Part shown: positions 1-10,346 of the stretch, in pieces
How the letters are laid out: each line of letters starts with the position of its first letter
Numbering within the stretch: position 1 is the first letter of the stretch
Source: Bacillus subtilis subsp. subtilis str. 168
GTDB taxonomy: Bacteria > Bacillota > Bacilli > Bacillales > Bacillaceae
NCBI RefSeq assembly: GCF_000009045.1
Contig: NC_000964.3
Span: 2,356,001 to 2,420,000 of the forward strand
DNA: 64,000 nucleotides
Reading direction: 5' to 3'
Program-made: the position numbers and the translations under genes
The notes under the pieces: model-generated
Databases searched by the model: none
Seen by the model: only the letters and a program-made list of their open reading frames with translations
Told to the model about the DNA's origin: nothing

Positions 1-1073
1 CGGTTTCGAAGCGCAAGCAAGTCCTTACCCGTGATATCAAGATCCTTAAGGCTTTTGATCGGCAGGTTTTGATAAGCGTACTGAATGTCCTTCAGTTTCT
101 TTTCATCCAGTTTTTCGTTTTGCCGAAGCTGCGATATTTTGGCCGCTGAGAGCAGTGCTTTTTTCCCAGCTCTGTACATTGTCATTGCGTCAAGGCTCTG
201 GCCAAACGTATCGGCAATGTGAATGGCTTCCTTGATCACTTTTCCCGGGAGCTTCCAGGCTTTCAGGAAAAGGGGCGCGTCTTTCAAAACTATGCCAAGG
301 TTAATTAAAAGAGCAGCCCAAAGCTCCTCACGGGATGTTAAAGAGAAGAATGGAAACTCACTCGTTGAAATCAGGTTTTCTCGTTTATGATAAAAACCAG
401 GAAGCTCTTCATACAATCTCGTTTGAATGAGTGTTTGAAGCGCCTGGCGAGAAGCTCTTCCCTGCAGCAATTTCTCAAACTCTATAGTTTTTCGTTCGAC
501 TGAAACATGGGAGAGGAGTGATTTTTCTTTCGCAATGGCTTCTTCTGTTTCCGGTGAAAGCGTAAAGCCAAGCTGGCTCATAAAGCGTACGGCTCTCAGC
601 ATACGAAGCGCATCCTCTTGAAATCTATCCTCAGGCTTTCCAACGGTTCGAATCACTTTCTGATCAATATCTTTCTTGCCGCCAAAATAATCAAGCACCT
701 TCCCGTCCGCTGTCATGGCCATCGCATTGATCGTTAAATCTCTGCGTTTTAGATCCTCTTCTAATGATGAGATAAATTGCACTTCTGACGGTCTTCTGAA
801 ATCAACATAATCAGATTCAGTCCGGAATGTCGTGACTTCATAGGTTTCATCCTCCCAGAGCACAATAATGGTCCCGTGCTCTTTGCCTACATCAACAGTC
901 CGCTGAAACAGCCGTTCTACTTGATCAGGTGCCGCATCTGTCGCGATATCGACATCTCCGATCGTTCGTTTCATATAGCTGTCACGAACTGCGCCCCCGA
1001 CAAAATAAGCCTGATGGCCCGCTTCGATTAAGATGCGGAGCACGGGAAGTGCTTTGATAAAAACTTTTTCCAT
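1..1073 (-). CDS. cca: CCA-adding enzyme (tRNA nucleotidyltransferase), 5' portion; 3' end lies outside the window
   Basis: Manual translation from ATG at 1073 gives MEKVFIKALPVLRILIEAGHQAYFVGGAVRD...DVDIAT...RRDLTINAM, the class II CCA motifs. It is absent from the ORF track because it runs off the edge. Confidence 0.95.
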   Translation of the reverse strand, partial: MEKVFIKALPVLRILIEAGHQAYFVGGAVRDSYMKRTIGDVDIATDAAPDQVERLFQRTVDVGKEHGTIIVLWEDETYEVTTFRTESDYVDFRRPSEVQFISSLEEDLKRRDLTINAMAMTADGKVLDYFGGKKDIDQKVIRTVGKPEDRFQEDALRMLRAVRFMSQLGFTLSPETEEAIAKEKSLLSHVSVERKTIEFEKLLQGRASRQALQTLIQTRLYEELPGFYHKRENLISTSEFPFFSLTSREELWAALLINLGIVLKDAPLFLKAWKLPGKVIKEAIHIADTFGQSLDAMTMYRAGKKALLSAAKISQLRQNEKLDEKKLKDIQYAYQNLPIKSLKDLDITGKDLLALRN

Positions 1074-1077
1074 GTGA

Positions 1078-2211
1078 TCACTCCGGTTCTGCTAAATCGG
1101 CATAAATCTGTTCATACTGGCTGACAATTTTTTTAGAAGAAAATTCATTTTCAAGCATCTCTATTGCCGCCTTTGTAAAACGATTGCTTAGCTGTTCATC
1201 TTCTAAAATGCTCATCGCGCGGGCTGTTGCGGCCGTAACATCACCGACATCCACCAAAAATCCGCTCACATTGTTTTTTATAACCTCAGGGATACCGCCA
1301 ATGTTTGTTCCAATACAAGGCACTCCGCAAGCCATCGCTTCAAGCAGGACAAGGCCAAAGCTTTCTTTTTCAGATAGCAGCAGCTTCAAATCGCTAATAG
1401 AATAAAGATCTTCAACACGGTCTTGATTTCCAAGCATTAAGACTTGGTCTTCCAAGCCATATTTTCTGATAAGCTCGCAGGCTGTCGATTTCTCCGGACC
1501 GTCTCCGACTAAAAGCAGCTTCGCTTTCGTTTTGCCAGCGATATTGCGGAACACACGGATGACATCCTGCACGCGTTTAACTTTTCTGAAGTTGGACACA
1601 TGGATGACGACTTTTTCATCTGGTAAAATTCCATGTTTCTCTTTAATTGCCGCTGTGTTTTTCTTCAGATACACGCGCTCGTCTATAAAGTTATAAATCG
1701 TTTCAATTTTTTTCTCCGGTTTAATTAAATCGTATGTTTCAGCCGCAAGCGCTGAGGAGACGGCCGTCACCCTGTCTGATGACTCAATAGCAAAACGGAT
1801 CAGATCTTTTAGAGACGGATCATAACCTAACACCGTGATATCCGTGCCATGCAAAGTGGTAACAATGCCGATATTGCGTTTCAGCATTTGTTTTGCAAGA
1901 TAGGCGCAAACGGCATGCGGGAGAGCATAGTGAGCATGGATAATGTCTAAATTCTCCCGTTCCGCCACCTCAGCGATTTTGCTTGCCAATGTCAAATCAT
2001 ACGGAGGATACTTAAAAACAGCATATTGATTAACCTCAACTTCATGAAAATGAATATTGGGATGATATGTATTCAGTCTAAACGGAATGCTTGATGTGAT
2101 GAAATGGATTTCATGTCCCTTTTCAGCAAGCTGCTTCCCCAGTTCTGTCGCAATGATACCTGAGCCTCCAACGCTCGGATAGCATGTGATTCCTATTTTT
2201 AGTTTTCTCAT
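1078..2211 (-). CDS. bshA: N-acetylglucosaminyl L-malate synthase (bacillithiol biosynthesis glycosyltransferase)
   Basis: 377 aa GT4 family ([19 protein letters not shown]); adjacent to bshB1. Confidence 0.95.
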
Positions 2212-2918
2212 TGTTCGCCCCCAAGCACATCATGATCAAGCATCAGCATCCGTTTGGAAAAGAAACCTTCGGCATACTCCACGCCCGCTTCTTTACCGTA
2301 AAGCTTTTCTCTCGCTTCAACGATTTCAATATACCCATTCGTCAGAGGAGTAGAAACGGAATCCTTTGACGGGATAAACTGGCTTTTGTAGGCGTTGAGG
2401 CTTTGTTTCTTTGCCTCTATTGTATCCGAGATATCAATAACAAAATCCGGCTGATGAAAACCATTTATCATATAATAGTAAACCTTGCTGACTTTATGCG
2501 CCGGAAGGCTTTTTTCGTCTTTATATTTATGGATTCCGGCGGAAAAGATCGCTTCTTCCACCAGTGCAGCCGCATTGCCGTGATCCGGATGGCGATCCTT
2601 TTTATACGGCATAAAAACCGCTTTTGGCCGACAGATTCTGATGACAGTGACAATTGACCGAATTGCCTGATCACTCATTATTAGGCCGCGGTCTGGAAGC
2701 GTTAGCTGAATTCTTTTATCTGCGCCTAATATGCGGGCTGCTTCAGCTGCTTCTTCTTTACGCAAACTGACCGTACCGTTAGAAGAGAGTTCCGCTTCTG
2801 TCAAATCGCATATCATTACTTTTTTTTCCTGTTTGACAAACTTCGCTATTGTGCCGCCCATTCCGATCTCGACATCATCACTGTGGGCGCCAAAAGCAAG
2901 AACGTCAGCATTATACAT
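2208..2918 (-). CDS. bshB1: GlcNAc-malate deacetylase (bacillithiol biosynthesis)
   Basis: PIG-L/LmbE motifs AHSDD and HPDH; start MYNADV at 2918 (236 aa); overlaps bshA by ATGA. Confidence 0.93.
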
Positions 2919-3324
2919 TCGGCTCTTCTCCCCGAAGAAGGTCACGGAATTCGAAAACACCTTCATCAAGTGTGCGCACAAGAATTTCCGCAGTACCCAT
3001 ATTTGTGGCGAGCGGAATGGAATACACATCACATAAACGGATTAATGCCGAGACATCCGGTTCATGCGGCTGCGCGGTCAGCGGGTCGCGCAAAAAAATG
3101 ACAAGATCGAGTGCATTGGCAGCGATCAGTGCACCGATTTGCTGGTCTCCCCCTAAAGGGCCGGATTGAAAACGTTCAATTTGAAGACCTGTCGCCTCAT
3201 GAATTTTCAACCCTGTGGTTCCGGTTGCGTATAGATCATGATTCTTTAAAATATCCCGATAGGCAGTCGTAAATTGAACCATATCCTGTTTTTTCTTGTC
3301 ATGCGCGATCAAAGCAATTTTCAT
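2911..3324 (-). CDS. mgsA: Methylglyoxal synthase
   Basis: 137 aa; [33 protein letters not shown]. Confidence 0.97.
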   Translation of the reverse strand: MKIALIAHDKKKQDMVQFTTAYRDILKNHDLYATGTTGLKIHEATGLQIERFQSGPLGGDQQIGALIAANALDLVIFLRDPLTAQPHEPDVSALIRLCDVYSIPLATNMGTAEILVRTLDEGVFEFRDLLRGEEPNV

Positions 3325-3339
3325 TGTTTATCCCCCCGT

Positions 3340-4143
3340 CTAATCAATGATATTTTCTAAACCATACACAAGCTGATCAATCTTCATGACTTGTTCGACT
3401 GACAGTTTAACGCCTGACATGAAAGAAGCACGGTTATAAGAATCATGGCGTATCTGAAGCGTTTGGCCATCCATGCCGAACATGACCTCCTGATGCGCGA
3501 TCAGTCCCGGAAGACGGACGCTGTGCAAGCGAATACCGTTTTGCTCCGCTCCTCTTGCTCCTGGGAGAATTTCTTTTTCATCCGGATGTCCTTGCTGCTT
3601 TTCTTTACGGACTTCTGAAATCATTTCCGCTGTTTTAAGCGCAGTTCCGCTTGGTGCGTCAAGCTTCTGGTCATGATGAAGCTCAATAATCTCAACATCC
3701 TCAAAATAGTTGGCAGCCATTTTTGAAAATTTCATCATCAGTATCGCACCGAGCGCAAAATTTGGCGCGATGATGGCTCCGATCCCTTTTTCTTCTGTTA
3801 AAGATGTGAGCTCTTTTAAATCAGCTTCTGAGAAACCGGTTGTTCCGACAACTGGACGGACTCCGTGCTCTAATGCAATTTTTGTATGTACTTTTCCGAT
3901 TTCGGGCGTTGTTAAATCAATCAAGACATCCGGTTGTGTTTCTGTAAAACAGGCATGGATATCTGTGTAAATGAAAGCATCTGACTCAACAGGCATCACA
4001 TCAGATAATTTTTGCTGATCGTATGTATGGTCTATGGCCCCTACAAGGTCAAAATGTGGTGTTCGTTCTGCCAATTTAACAGCTTCCTGCCCCATTCTTC
4101 CACGCGGTCCCGCAATGACTAATTTAATTGTTTCGTTTGACAT
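3340..4143 (-). CDS. dapB: 4-hydroxy-tetrahydrodipicolinate reductase
   Basis: [28 protein letters not shown]. Confidence 0.97.
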   Translation of the reverse strand: MSNETIKLVIAGPRGRMGQEAVKLAERTPHFDLVGAIDHTYDQQKLSDVMPVESDAFIYTDIHACFTETQPDVLIDLTTPEIGKVHTKIALEHGVRPVVGTTGFSEADLKELTSLTEEKGIGAIIAPNFALGAILMMKFSKMAANYFEDVEIIELHHDQKLDAPSGTALKTAEMISEVRKEKQQGHPDEKEILPGARGAEQNGIRLHSVRLPGLIAHQEVMFGMDGQTLQIRHDSYNRASFMSGVKLSVEQVMKIDQLVYGLENIID

Positions 4144-4154
4144 CTTGATCTCCT

Positions 4155-4490
4155 CTACTTTCCTTCTTCTTTTCTGGTCCAGCGATCTTTATCTCTTGTA
4201 TTAAATTTATGCATGACTCGGTCGTGAGCTTCCTCTAAAGAGATATCAAGAGAGTTGGCTAAACAAACCAATACAAATAGCACATCGCCTATTTCCTCTT
4301 CCATGCTTTTATCATCTTCAGTCGCTTTTTTTGGTTTTTCTCCATAACGGTGATTCACTTCTCTGGCAAGCTCGCCCAGTTCTTCAGTCAGCCTCGCCAT
4401 CATGGCCAGCGGGCTAAAATATCCTTCTTTAAATTGGCCTATGTAACGGTCTACTTCAGCCTGTATGTCTTTCATTGTTTTATCACTCAC
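4155..4490 (-). CDS. ypjD: MazG-like nucleotide pyrophosphohydrolase
   Basis: 111 aa; [12 protein letters not shown] and EEIGDVLF motifs; GTG start after AGGAGG. Confidence 0.88.
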   Translation of the reverse strand: MSDKTMKDIQAEVDRYIGQFKEGYFSPLAMMARLTEELGELAREVNHRYGEKPKKATEDDKSMEEEIGDVLFVLVCLANSLDISLEEAHDRVMHKFNTRDKDRWTRKEEGK

Positions 4491-4518
4491 TGAACGAAAC
4501 CTCCTATCATCCTCTTAC

Positions 4519-4547
4519 ATGTTAGCTAATTCAGATACGTTTGACAA
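4519..4547 (-). promoter_or_regulatory. Sigma-A promoter of the ypjD-dapB-mgsA-bshB1-bshA-cca operon
   Basis: TTGTCA-N17-TAACAT on the minus strand. Confidence 0.65.
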
Positions 4548-4561
4548 ATGTTTAAGCACGT

Positions 4562-4590
4562 TTGCTGTTTTCTTTTTCATCCACTATAAT
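4562..4590 (+). promoter_or_regulatory. Sigma-A promoter of ypjC
   Basis: TTGCTG-N17-TATAAT. Confidence 0.7.
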
Positions 4591-4626
4591 ATAAACGCTA
4601 TCTAATGGAAGGAAAAGGGGTTTTGT

Positions 4627-5502
4627 GTGATGCTTGGAGAAATTAGATTAAAAAACATATTTTTTATTTTAATCGGAGCGGCAATTTTTTCATTTGGCTT
4701 GGTTCATTTCAATATGCAGAACAATCTGGCTGAGGGCGGTTTTACAGGTATTACACTTTTGCTTTATGCCCTTTTCCACATCAGCCCCTCTATATCGAAC
4801 CTGGTGTTGAACATTCCGATTTTTTTTATTGGCTGGCGTTTGCTCGGCAGGACAATGTTTGTTTATACCCTTGTCGGCACTGTAGCCTTGTCTTTGTTCC
4901 TCAGCATCTTTCAGCGATATGAAATCCATATGCCCCTTCAGCACGACTTAGCGCTCGCCGCTTTATTTGCCGGCGTATTCATCGGAGCCGGACTGGGTAT
5001 TATTTTTAAGTTCGGCGGTACGACAGGCGGTGTTGATATCATCGCACGTTTAGTGAATAAGTATTTTGGGATTCCGATGGGCAGAACGATGTTTGCTTTC
5101 GATGCCTGCGTCATCATTTTGTCTTTGCTTACTTATCTCTCCTATAAAGAAGCGATGTATACGCTGGTAGCTGTATTTGTAGCGGCAAGATTAATCGATT
5201 TTATTCAGGAAGGCGGATACGCTGCTAAAGGCGCTACGATCATCTCTTCGAAAAACGACCTGATTCAGAAAAAGATTCTTGAAGAAATGGAACGGGGCGT
5301 CACCATTTTGAAAGGACAAGGTTCCTACACAAAAGAGGATATAGATGTACTTTATTGTGTGGTGCCGAAAAATGAATTGGTGATGCTGAAAAGCGTGATT
5401 AACTCCATTGATCCCCATGCCTTTGTAGCGGTAAGCGATGTTCACGATGTGCTCGGAGAAGGATTTACGCTTGATGAAAATAAAAATCCGCTTCCGCGCT
5501 GA
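4627..5502 (+). CDS. ypjC: YitT-family integral membrane protein
   Basis: About 290 aa, multi-TM; GGTTGGVDII motif; C-terminal DPHAFV domain. Confidence 0.85.
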   Translation: MMLGEIRLKNIFFILIGAAIFSFGLVHFNMQNNLAEGGFTGITLLLYALFHISPSISNLVLNIPIFFIGWRLLGRTMFVYTLVGTVALSLFLSIFQRYEIHMPLQHDLALAALFAGVFIGAGLGIIFKFGGTTGGVDIIARLVNKYFGIPMGRTMFAFDACVIILSLLTYLSYKEAMYTLVAVFVAARLIDFIQEGGYAAKGATIISSKNDLIQKKILEEMERGVTILKGQGSYTKEDIDVLYCVVPKNELVMLKSVINSIDPHAFVAVSDVHDVLGEGFTLDENKNPLPR

Positions 5503-5512
5503 CATGTAATAG

Positions 5513-5536
5513 AAAAAAGGCGGCTGACCGCCGCCC
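5513..5536 (-). terminator. Intrinsic terminator between convergent ypjC and ypjB
   Basis: GGCGGC-GGTCA-GCCGCC-TTTTTT on the minus strand. Confidence 0.75.
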
Positions 5537-5543
5537 CTCATCC

Positions 5544-6338
5544 TTATTTAGGGTAGTCCCTTTTTTTCAGCTTGTTTTTTTCCGCCTTGTACTTTCTGTA
5601 ACCGACATAGGTAAGAGCAGTAATGATGATACTGCCGGTTGTAATGATCACCCAGAGTAAAGACGGATCGGCATCATCCTCCTCCACCCTGTCAAACACA
5701 TTTTTCAGGTCATGCTGAAGAAGGGAAAGCCGTTCAAGCTTCGTGCTCTCTGTCATTTGCTGAAATTCCTCTTGCTCAATAACATCTATATGTTTTCCGA
5801 CTGTTTCAAGCTGATCCTCTGATACATCGATTGTAAGACTGGGGTAAATCAAGTCATATAAACTGATAAATTCATTCCATTTTTCATGAAAGCTTGTGCT
5901 TCCATTCTTTTGGACATCTCGCTTCAGTTCAGTAAAAGCTTCCATAATCGGTTTTTCCAGTGAGCCCCAAAGCGGGTCAGACCGATTGTCAACCGCATCC
6001 ATCAGCATTCTGAACTGCGCGGCTGCTCTGAGTTTTTGTGTGTCTGATGTATCAGCTTGCTTTAAACTCCGAACCATATCATTATAGCCCAATGTGATTT
6101 GACGAATTTGGGCTCCCGTTAGCATGGGGTCTTGCTGTTTTTTCTCAGCGGATTTTAATGTTTTTTCAAAATACTCCAAGACTTGAAGCGCCTCTTCATA
6201 TTTCGCCTGTCGGGTCATTTGAAAGACTGTATCGGATAAATCATTCAATTCCTCGAGGCTTCCCCGCTCTGCAGCCTTGGCATTTCCATTATAAAAAATA
6301 AGTGCAATCAACAAACAGATCGTCAGCTTTCGTTTCAT
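5544..6338 (-). CDS. ypjB: Sporulation protein YpjB (signal peptide plus C-terminal TM anchor)
   Basis: Start MKRK after GGGAGG (264 aa); sigma-E-like promoter upstream. Confidence 0.85.
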   Translation of the reverse strand: MKRKLTICLLIALIFYNGNAKAAERGSLEELNDLSDTVFQMTRQAKYEEALQVLEYFEKTLKSAEKKQQDPMLTGAQIRQITLGYNDMVRSLKQADTSDTQKLRAAAQFRMLMDAVDNRSDPLWGSLEKPIMEAFTELKRDVQKNGSTSFHEKWNEFISLYDLIYPSLTIDVSEDQLETVGKHIDVIEQEEFQQMTESTKLERLSLLQHDLKNVFDRVEEDDADPSLLWVIITTGSIIITALTYVGYRKYKAEKNKLKKRDYPK

Positions 6339-6366
6339 GCAGGTCCCTCCCACTCTCTCTCCTTAC

Positions 6367-6395
6367 AGAATATGAAGAAAGGGACAAGGATAGAC
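6367..6395 (-). promoter_or_regulatory. Sigma-E-type promoter of ypjB
   Basis: GTCTATC-N14-CATATTCT. Confidence 0.55.
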
Positions 6396-6406
6396 CAACA
6401 TTGTCT

Positions 6407-7000
6407 TTACATCAGCTCAAGCTTCGTTTGCTTTTTTGAGACCACAAGAAAGTAAGCAAGCGCGATTGAAAAGATACTTAGCCAAAATGTTCCGTATCCT
6501 ATTTCAGTCATATAATCAGAAAGCATAGAGTATTGCGGCATCATATCAAACAAGTAGTCAATGACATCGTTATGCAGTGTCCAGACTGCAGCAATTGCAA
6601 GATGCCAAAATGAAAAACGAAAATACGGACTGTATAATACGCCTTGAACTGCCATTGCAAAATGCGAAGCAATTAGCATGTAGCCCTCCCACGGCAAGTC
6701 ACCAGTTACTGCAAGCACAAGAAAATTCATAGCCACCGCCCATAGGCCATACTTTACGAGGGTAACTAGCGCAAGCGCCTCTAAAAGCGGAGCATTCCGT
6801 TTCATGAGAAAGGCAAGCAGCACAAACAGAAAGAAAAACGTTGCTGTCGGACTGTCCGGAACAAAAATCAGGAAACGGGCCGGTGTCTCCAAAAGCTGCG
6901 GCAAGTACCAATAGTAGCCGTAAACCGTTCCCAGAAAATTAATGGCTAAGACAAGAATAAGCATCGGCCGCTGCCCTAATACATATTGAAACCATTTCAC
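6407..7000 (-). CDS. ypjA: Integral membrane protein of unknown function
   Basis: Hydrophobic 185-197 aa ORF with FVPDSP motif; start (GTG 7000 or downstream ATG) uncertain. Confidence 0.8.
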   Translation of the reverse strand: MKWFQYVLGQRPMLILVLAINFLGTVYGYYWYLPQLLETPARFLIFVPDSPTATFFFLFVLLAFLMKRNAPLLEALALVTLVKYGLWAVAMNFLVLAVTGDLPWEGYMLIASHFAMAVQGVLYSPYFRFSFWHLAIAAVWTLHNDVIDYLFDMMPQYSMLSDYMTEIGYGTFWLSIFSIALAYFLVVSKKQTKLELM

Positions 7001-7041
7001 ATCGAATCAACTCTCAGTCTGTAAAAATAATATGTCCATAT

Positions 7042-7068
7042 AAAAAAGCTGACGCCGGGTCAGCTTTT
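7042..7068 (-). terminator. qcr operon terminator
   Basis: AAAAGCTGAC-CCGGC-GTCAGCTTTTTT. Confidence 0.85.
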
Positions 7069-7110
7069 GATAATAAAAGTATATCCTTCCATTTGACAAT
7101 TCACAATACG

Positions 7111-7878
7111 TTATTTTGCGGTTGTTTCAGAAATAAATTTTGCAAGTTCTTCGAGCTGCTTATCATTTCCTTTGAACACACCCGCCGGCATTTTGCCTTT
7201 CCCTTCTACAGCGATTTTTTTGATTTCATCCGGTTTCAGCCCGCTGTCAACCAATGAAGGCCCGGCCGCTCCTCCCTGAAGGTTATCCCCATGGCAAGAA
7301 ATACAGCCCTGTTCCTTAAAAACCTTATATCCTTCTGCATTGGTGTCAATGTCGGCTTCTTTTGTAATTTTCCCCTGTTCTTCTGCCTTGGCCCAGTCAT
7401 GAGTAGCAACTGACTGCCACGTCAAAAATACAGCAGCGGAAATGGCCAGAAGCATCATACCGACAGCGACCGGACGCTTCCACGGCCTTCTTTCTGTCCC
7501 TCTGTCTAGGAATGGAGCCAAAAGCAGGGCCCCAAAAGCGAGACCTGGCATAATCATGGCGCCGACCACTGTAAAGCTTCCGGCGGCGTATTCATACTTC
7601 AACAGCTGGTATAAGAAAAGAAAATACCAATCCGGCAGCGGAATATAACCAGTATCAGTCGGGTCCGCCATCCGCTCTAAAGGCGGCTGATGCACAATCG
7701 TCAAAACGAGAAAACCGATGAGAAAGACAGCTCCAACCATCCATTCCTTTAACAAGAAATTTGGCCAGAAAGCCTCTGTTTTACCCGGATACTCCGAATA
7801 ATCCTTCGGTATATTCGGCTTTTTTTCAGCCGGTATCCTTGAGTCGCCTACAAATTTCATCCCTTTGCCCCGGTGCAT
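7111..7878 (-). CDS. qcrC: Menaquinol:cytochrome c reductase cytochrome b/c subunit
   Basis: PLPDWYFLF (PEWY-equivalent) and CISCH heme-c motif. Confidence 0.97.
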   Translation of the reverse strand: MHRGKGMKFVGDSRIPAEKKPNIPKDYSEYPGKTEAFWPNFLLKEWMVGAVFLIGFLVLTIVHQPPLERMADPTDTGYIPLPDWYFLFLYQLLKYEYAAGSFTVVGAMIMPGLAFGALLLAPFLDRGTERRPWKRPVAVGMMLLAISAAVFLTWQSVATHDWAKAEEQGKITKEADIDTNAEGYKVFKEQGCISCHGDNLQGGAAGPSLVDSGLKPDEIKKIAVEGKGKMPAGVFKGNDKQLEELAKFISETTAK

Positions 7879-7912
7879 GTCATCCCCTCCCTTTTATTCG
7901 CAGATCAAGAGT

Positions 7913-8587
7913 TTAAAGCGGTCCTGAAATCCCCTGCTTCCGGATCATAATAAAATGTGCAGCCATCAGCCCGAACAATGCGGCAGGAAGAAAAAATACA
8001 TGGATCGCAAAAAACCTAGTCAGCGTTTGGGCGCCTACAATATCCGGATGCCCTGCAAGGAGCGTTTTAACTTGCGTTCCGATCAAAGGCGTGGCTTCGG
8101 CGATCTGCAGTCCGACTTTTGTTGCAAACAGAGCCTTCATATCCCAAGGAAGCAAGTAGCCTGTAAAGCCAAGACCGAGCATAACAAAAAAGATCAGCAC
8201 ACCGACAATCCAGTTCAGCTCGCGCGGTTTTTTATACGCGCCTTGGAAAAAGACCCTCAGCGTATGTAAAAACATCATCACAATGACCAGGCTCGCACCC
8301 CAGTGGTGCATCCCCCTGACAATCTGGCCGAATGCCACTTCATTTTGCAAATAATATACCGATTCCCAGGCATTTTTGATATCAGGCACATAATACATCG
8401 TTAAAAACATTCCAGATAATACTTGGATAACGGTTACAAAAAACGTCAGTCCCCCAAAGCAATACACAAACGCAGAGAAATGATGGGCGGGATTCACATG
8501 TTCCGGTACTTCGTGATCGGCAATATCCCTCCACATCGGTGTAATATCAAGCCGCTCGTCTACCCAGTCATAAATTTTGTTCAGCAT
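7913..8587 (-). CDS. qcrB: Menaquinol:cytochrome c reductase cytochrome b subunit
   Basis: Cytochrome b6-like, 224 aa from MLNKIY; RGMHHWGAS, FFAIHVF. Confidence 0.97.
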   Translation of the reverse strand: MLNKIYDWVDERLDITPMWRDIADHEVPEHVNPAHHFSAFVYCFGGLTFFVTVIQVLSGMFLTMYYVPDIKNAWESVYYLQNEVAFGQIVRGMHHWGASLVIVMMFLHTLRVFFQGAYKKPRELNWIVGVLIFFVMLGLGFTGYLLPWDMKALFATKVGLQIAEATPLIGTQVKTLLAGHPDIVGAQTLTRFFAIHVFFLPAALFGLMAAHFIMIRKQGISGPL

Positions 8588-8588
8588 G

Positions 8589-9092
8589 TCACCCTTCCCC
8601 CTTAGGCTTTGCTTTTCCAAGATACAGGAAGCCGTCTTTTACTTCTTGCTCATAATGATCAAGAGGCGCAAGCGGCGGCGTGCCAGGGACATTGGTGCCG
8701 TCCTTTTCATAGAGTCCGTAATGGCATGGACAAAAGAATTTATTCGGGTTTTTAGGATCACTATTCCAGTTCACCGTACACCCTAAATGCTTACAAATTG
8801 GCGAAAGTGCTACAATTTCATCCCCGTTTTTGAAGACCCAGGCTGATCTTGACTCTTCTGACTCATACCAGGCATCGACTTGATTAATTTTAAAATCAAA
8901 GCGCTGCGGCTCTTTTGTCAACTCATCAACGCTGACAACCTGAACCATATCCTGCTTCCCTGTCGATTTTAATACCGGGTCGAGTGCGAAGCGAACCATA
9001 GGCATGAGCATACTAGCCGCCATAAAACCTCCTACGCCTGTGAGCGTATAATTCAAAAATTGACGTCTGGATATATCATGTTTTCCGCCCAT
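8589..9092 (-). CDS. qcrA: Rieske iron-sulfur subunit
   Basis: Twin-arginine SRRQFL; CKHLGC...CPCH. Confidence 0.97.
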   Translation of the reverse strand: MGGKHDISRRQFLNYTLTGVGGFMAASMLMPMVRFALDPVLKSTGKQDMVQVVSVDELTKEPQRFDFKINQVDAWYESEESRSAWVFKNGDEIVALSPICKHLGCTVNWNSDPKNPNKFFCPCHYGLYEKDGTNVPGTPPLAPLDHYEQEVKDGFLYLGKAKPKGEG

Positions 9093-9166
9093 CTCTTCTC
9101 CCCCCTCTAAGTCACCCCTGCAAACTGACTAAAATAGAAAATATTGCAATAACTCTAGACACCCTC

Positions 9167-9195
9167 ATAATATATGAATCTCTCAGCAAGGTCAA
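9167..9195 (-). promoter_or_regulatory. Sigma-A promoter of qcrABC
   Basis: TTGACC-N17-TATTAT. Confidence 0.75.
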
Positions 9196-9234
9196 TATAG
9201 CCAAAATATTGTTTATAAGGAAATGTAAGTGTTT

Positions 9235-9681
9235 TTATAAAGTGCTCCATAACTGTAACAAAACGTTCAAAATTTCAGCAGTGCGTTCATCCAATATTTT
9301 TCTTTTTAAAGAGTCATTTAAATGCTCTAATGGAACAGACGATGTAACAATCATTTTGCCTAACGCATCCTCAGCTCTCCAACTTTCGTCAGATGTGAGC
9401 AGGACAACATGCGGAAATTCCGTTATCAGCTCTTCCCGCAAATCCTTAAGCCCTTGAACGGTTATTTCATTTCTATCAACATATGTATAAGGCGGAAGTA
9501 AATATACCCGTCCCTTTAACTGCCTTTCAAGTTCTTCTGAGAGAAGCTGCGTAAACTCGCCTTTCTCCGCCGCCATTTTAAAATGGTTATTAACCCTTAT
9601 GTTAATTAATGGTATGACAGCGGTATCAATGTAATCCTTAGCTTGTAAATAGTCCTTGGCATCAGTGATTCTCCACCTCAT
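9235..9681 (-). CDS. ypiF: Conserved protein of unknown function
   Basis: 148 aa with SD AAGGGGGAG; synteny with qcrA. Confidence 0.85.
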   Translation of the reverse strand: MRWRITDAKDYLQAKDYIDTAVIPLINIRVNNHFKMAAEKGEFTQLLSEELERQLKGRVYLLPPYTYVDRNEITVQGLKDLREELITEFPHVVLLTSDESWRAEDALGKMIVTSSVPLEHLNDSLKRKILDERTAEILNVLLQLWSTL

Positions 9682-9704
9682 CGTTCTCCCCCTTTACGGC
9701 AACA

Positions 9705-9728
9705 AGCCTTGCAATTCACTGCAAGGCT
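9705..9728 (-). terminator. Hairpin after ypiB (weak terminator or 3' stabiliser)
   Basis: AGCCTTGCA-GTGAAT-TGCAAGGCT followed by only TGTT (poor U-tract). Confidence 0.5.
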
Positions 9729-9735
9729 GGTCATA

Positions 9736-10275
9736 TTATGTGAGCTGATTTAATTGGCGCGATAATTGTTCAAATGCCTCTTTATCATGACGATCTAACG
9801 CGTCGTCAATGTCTTTTAATAATTTTTCTCTTTGGAATGTGGAAATAGCGTGCTCTAAAATCTGTTCCGCCAATCCCTGATCTTTTTTATTCTCAAAAAG
9901 GTTTTTCGGAATATGCGGGTTGGACTCCAGCACCGCCGCATATTCAGGTGAGCTGTAAGCCGAACGGAAATTAAGCTGGATAAACAAATCCTGCTGTTTA
10001 TTTAATCTAATATCATGAAAAGATTTTTCCGCGTCGGTAGTCATGACATTCTCTTTATAGAACCGGAACGGAACTTCTTCAACACAATGTGTTGACATTA
10101 TAATGCCTCTCGGGCAAAATTCAGCCTGCTCCACAAAATGAACCTTCTCCATGAGAGAATCATGGCTCATTAAGTAGTTCAAGATCCAAACGCACTCTCG
10201 GCGCTTTAACTGATAATGGTTTAAAAACCAACGGATAAAATCTTTTTTCTCATTGACAGAAACAGGGGTCTGCAT
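9736..10275 (-). CDS. ypiB: UPF0302 / ReoY-like protein with C-terminal IDEAL domain
   Basis: 179 aa; C-terminal [13 protein letters not shown]. Confidence 0.85.
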   Translation of the reverse strand: MQTPVSVNEKKDFIRWFLNHYQLKRRECVWILNYLMSHDSLMEKVHFVEQAEFCPRGIIMSTHCVEEVPFRFYKENVMTTDAEKSFHDIRLNKQQDLFIQLNFRSAYSSPEYAAVLESNPHIPKNLFENKKDQGLAEQILEHAISTFQREKLLKDIDDALDRHDKEAFEQLSRQLNQLT

Positions 10276-10316
10276 GTAATTCCCTCCTCTATCGTTCGTA
10301 TAATCTATATACTTAT

Positions 10317-10346
10317 ATGTTCCACATGAATGGTTAATATTCCTGC
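10317..10346 (-). promoter_or_regulatory. Sigma-H-type promoter of ypiB
   Basis: GCAGGAATA-N12-GTGGAACAT versus consensus RNAGGAWWW-N11/12-RNNGAATWW. Confidence 0.6.
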
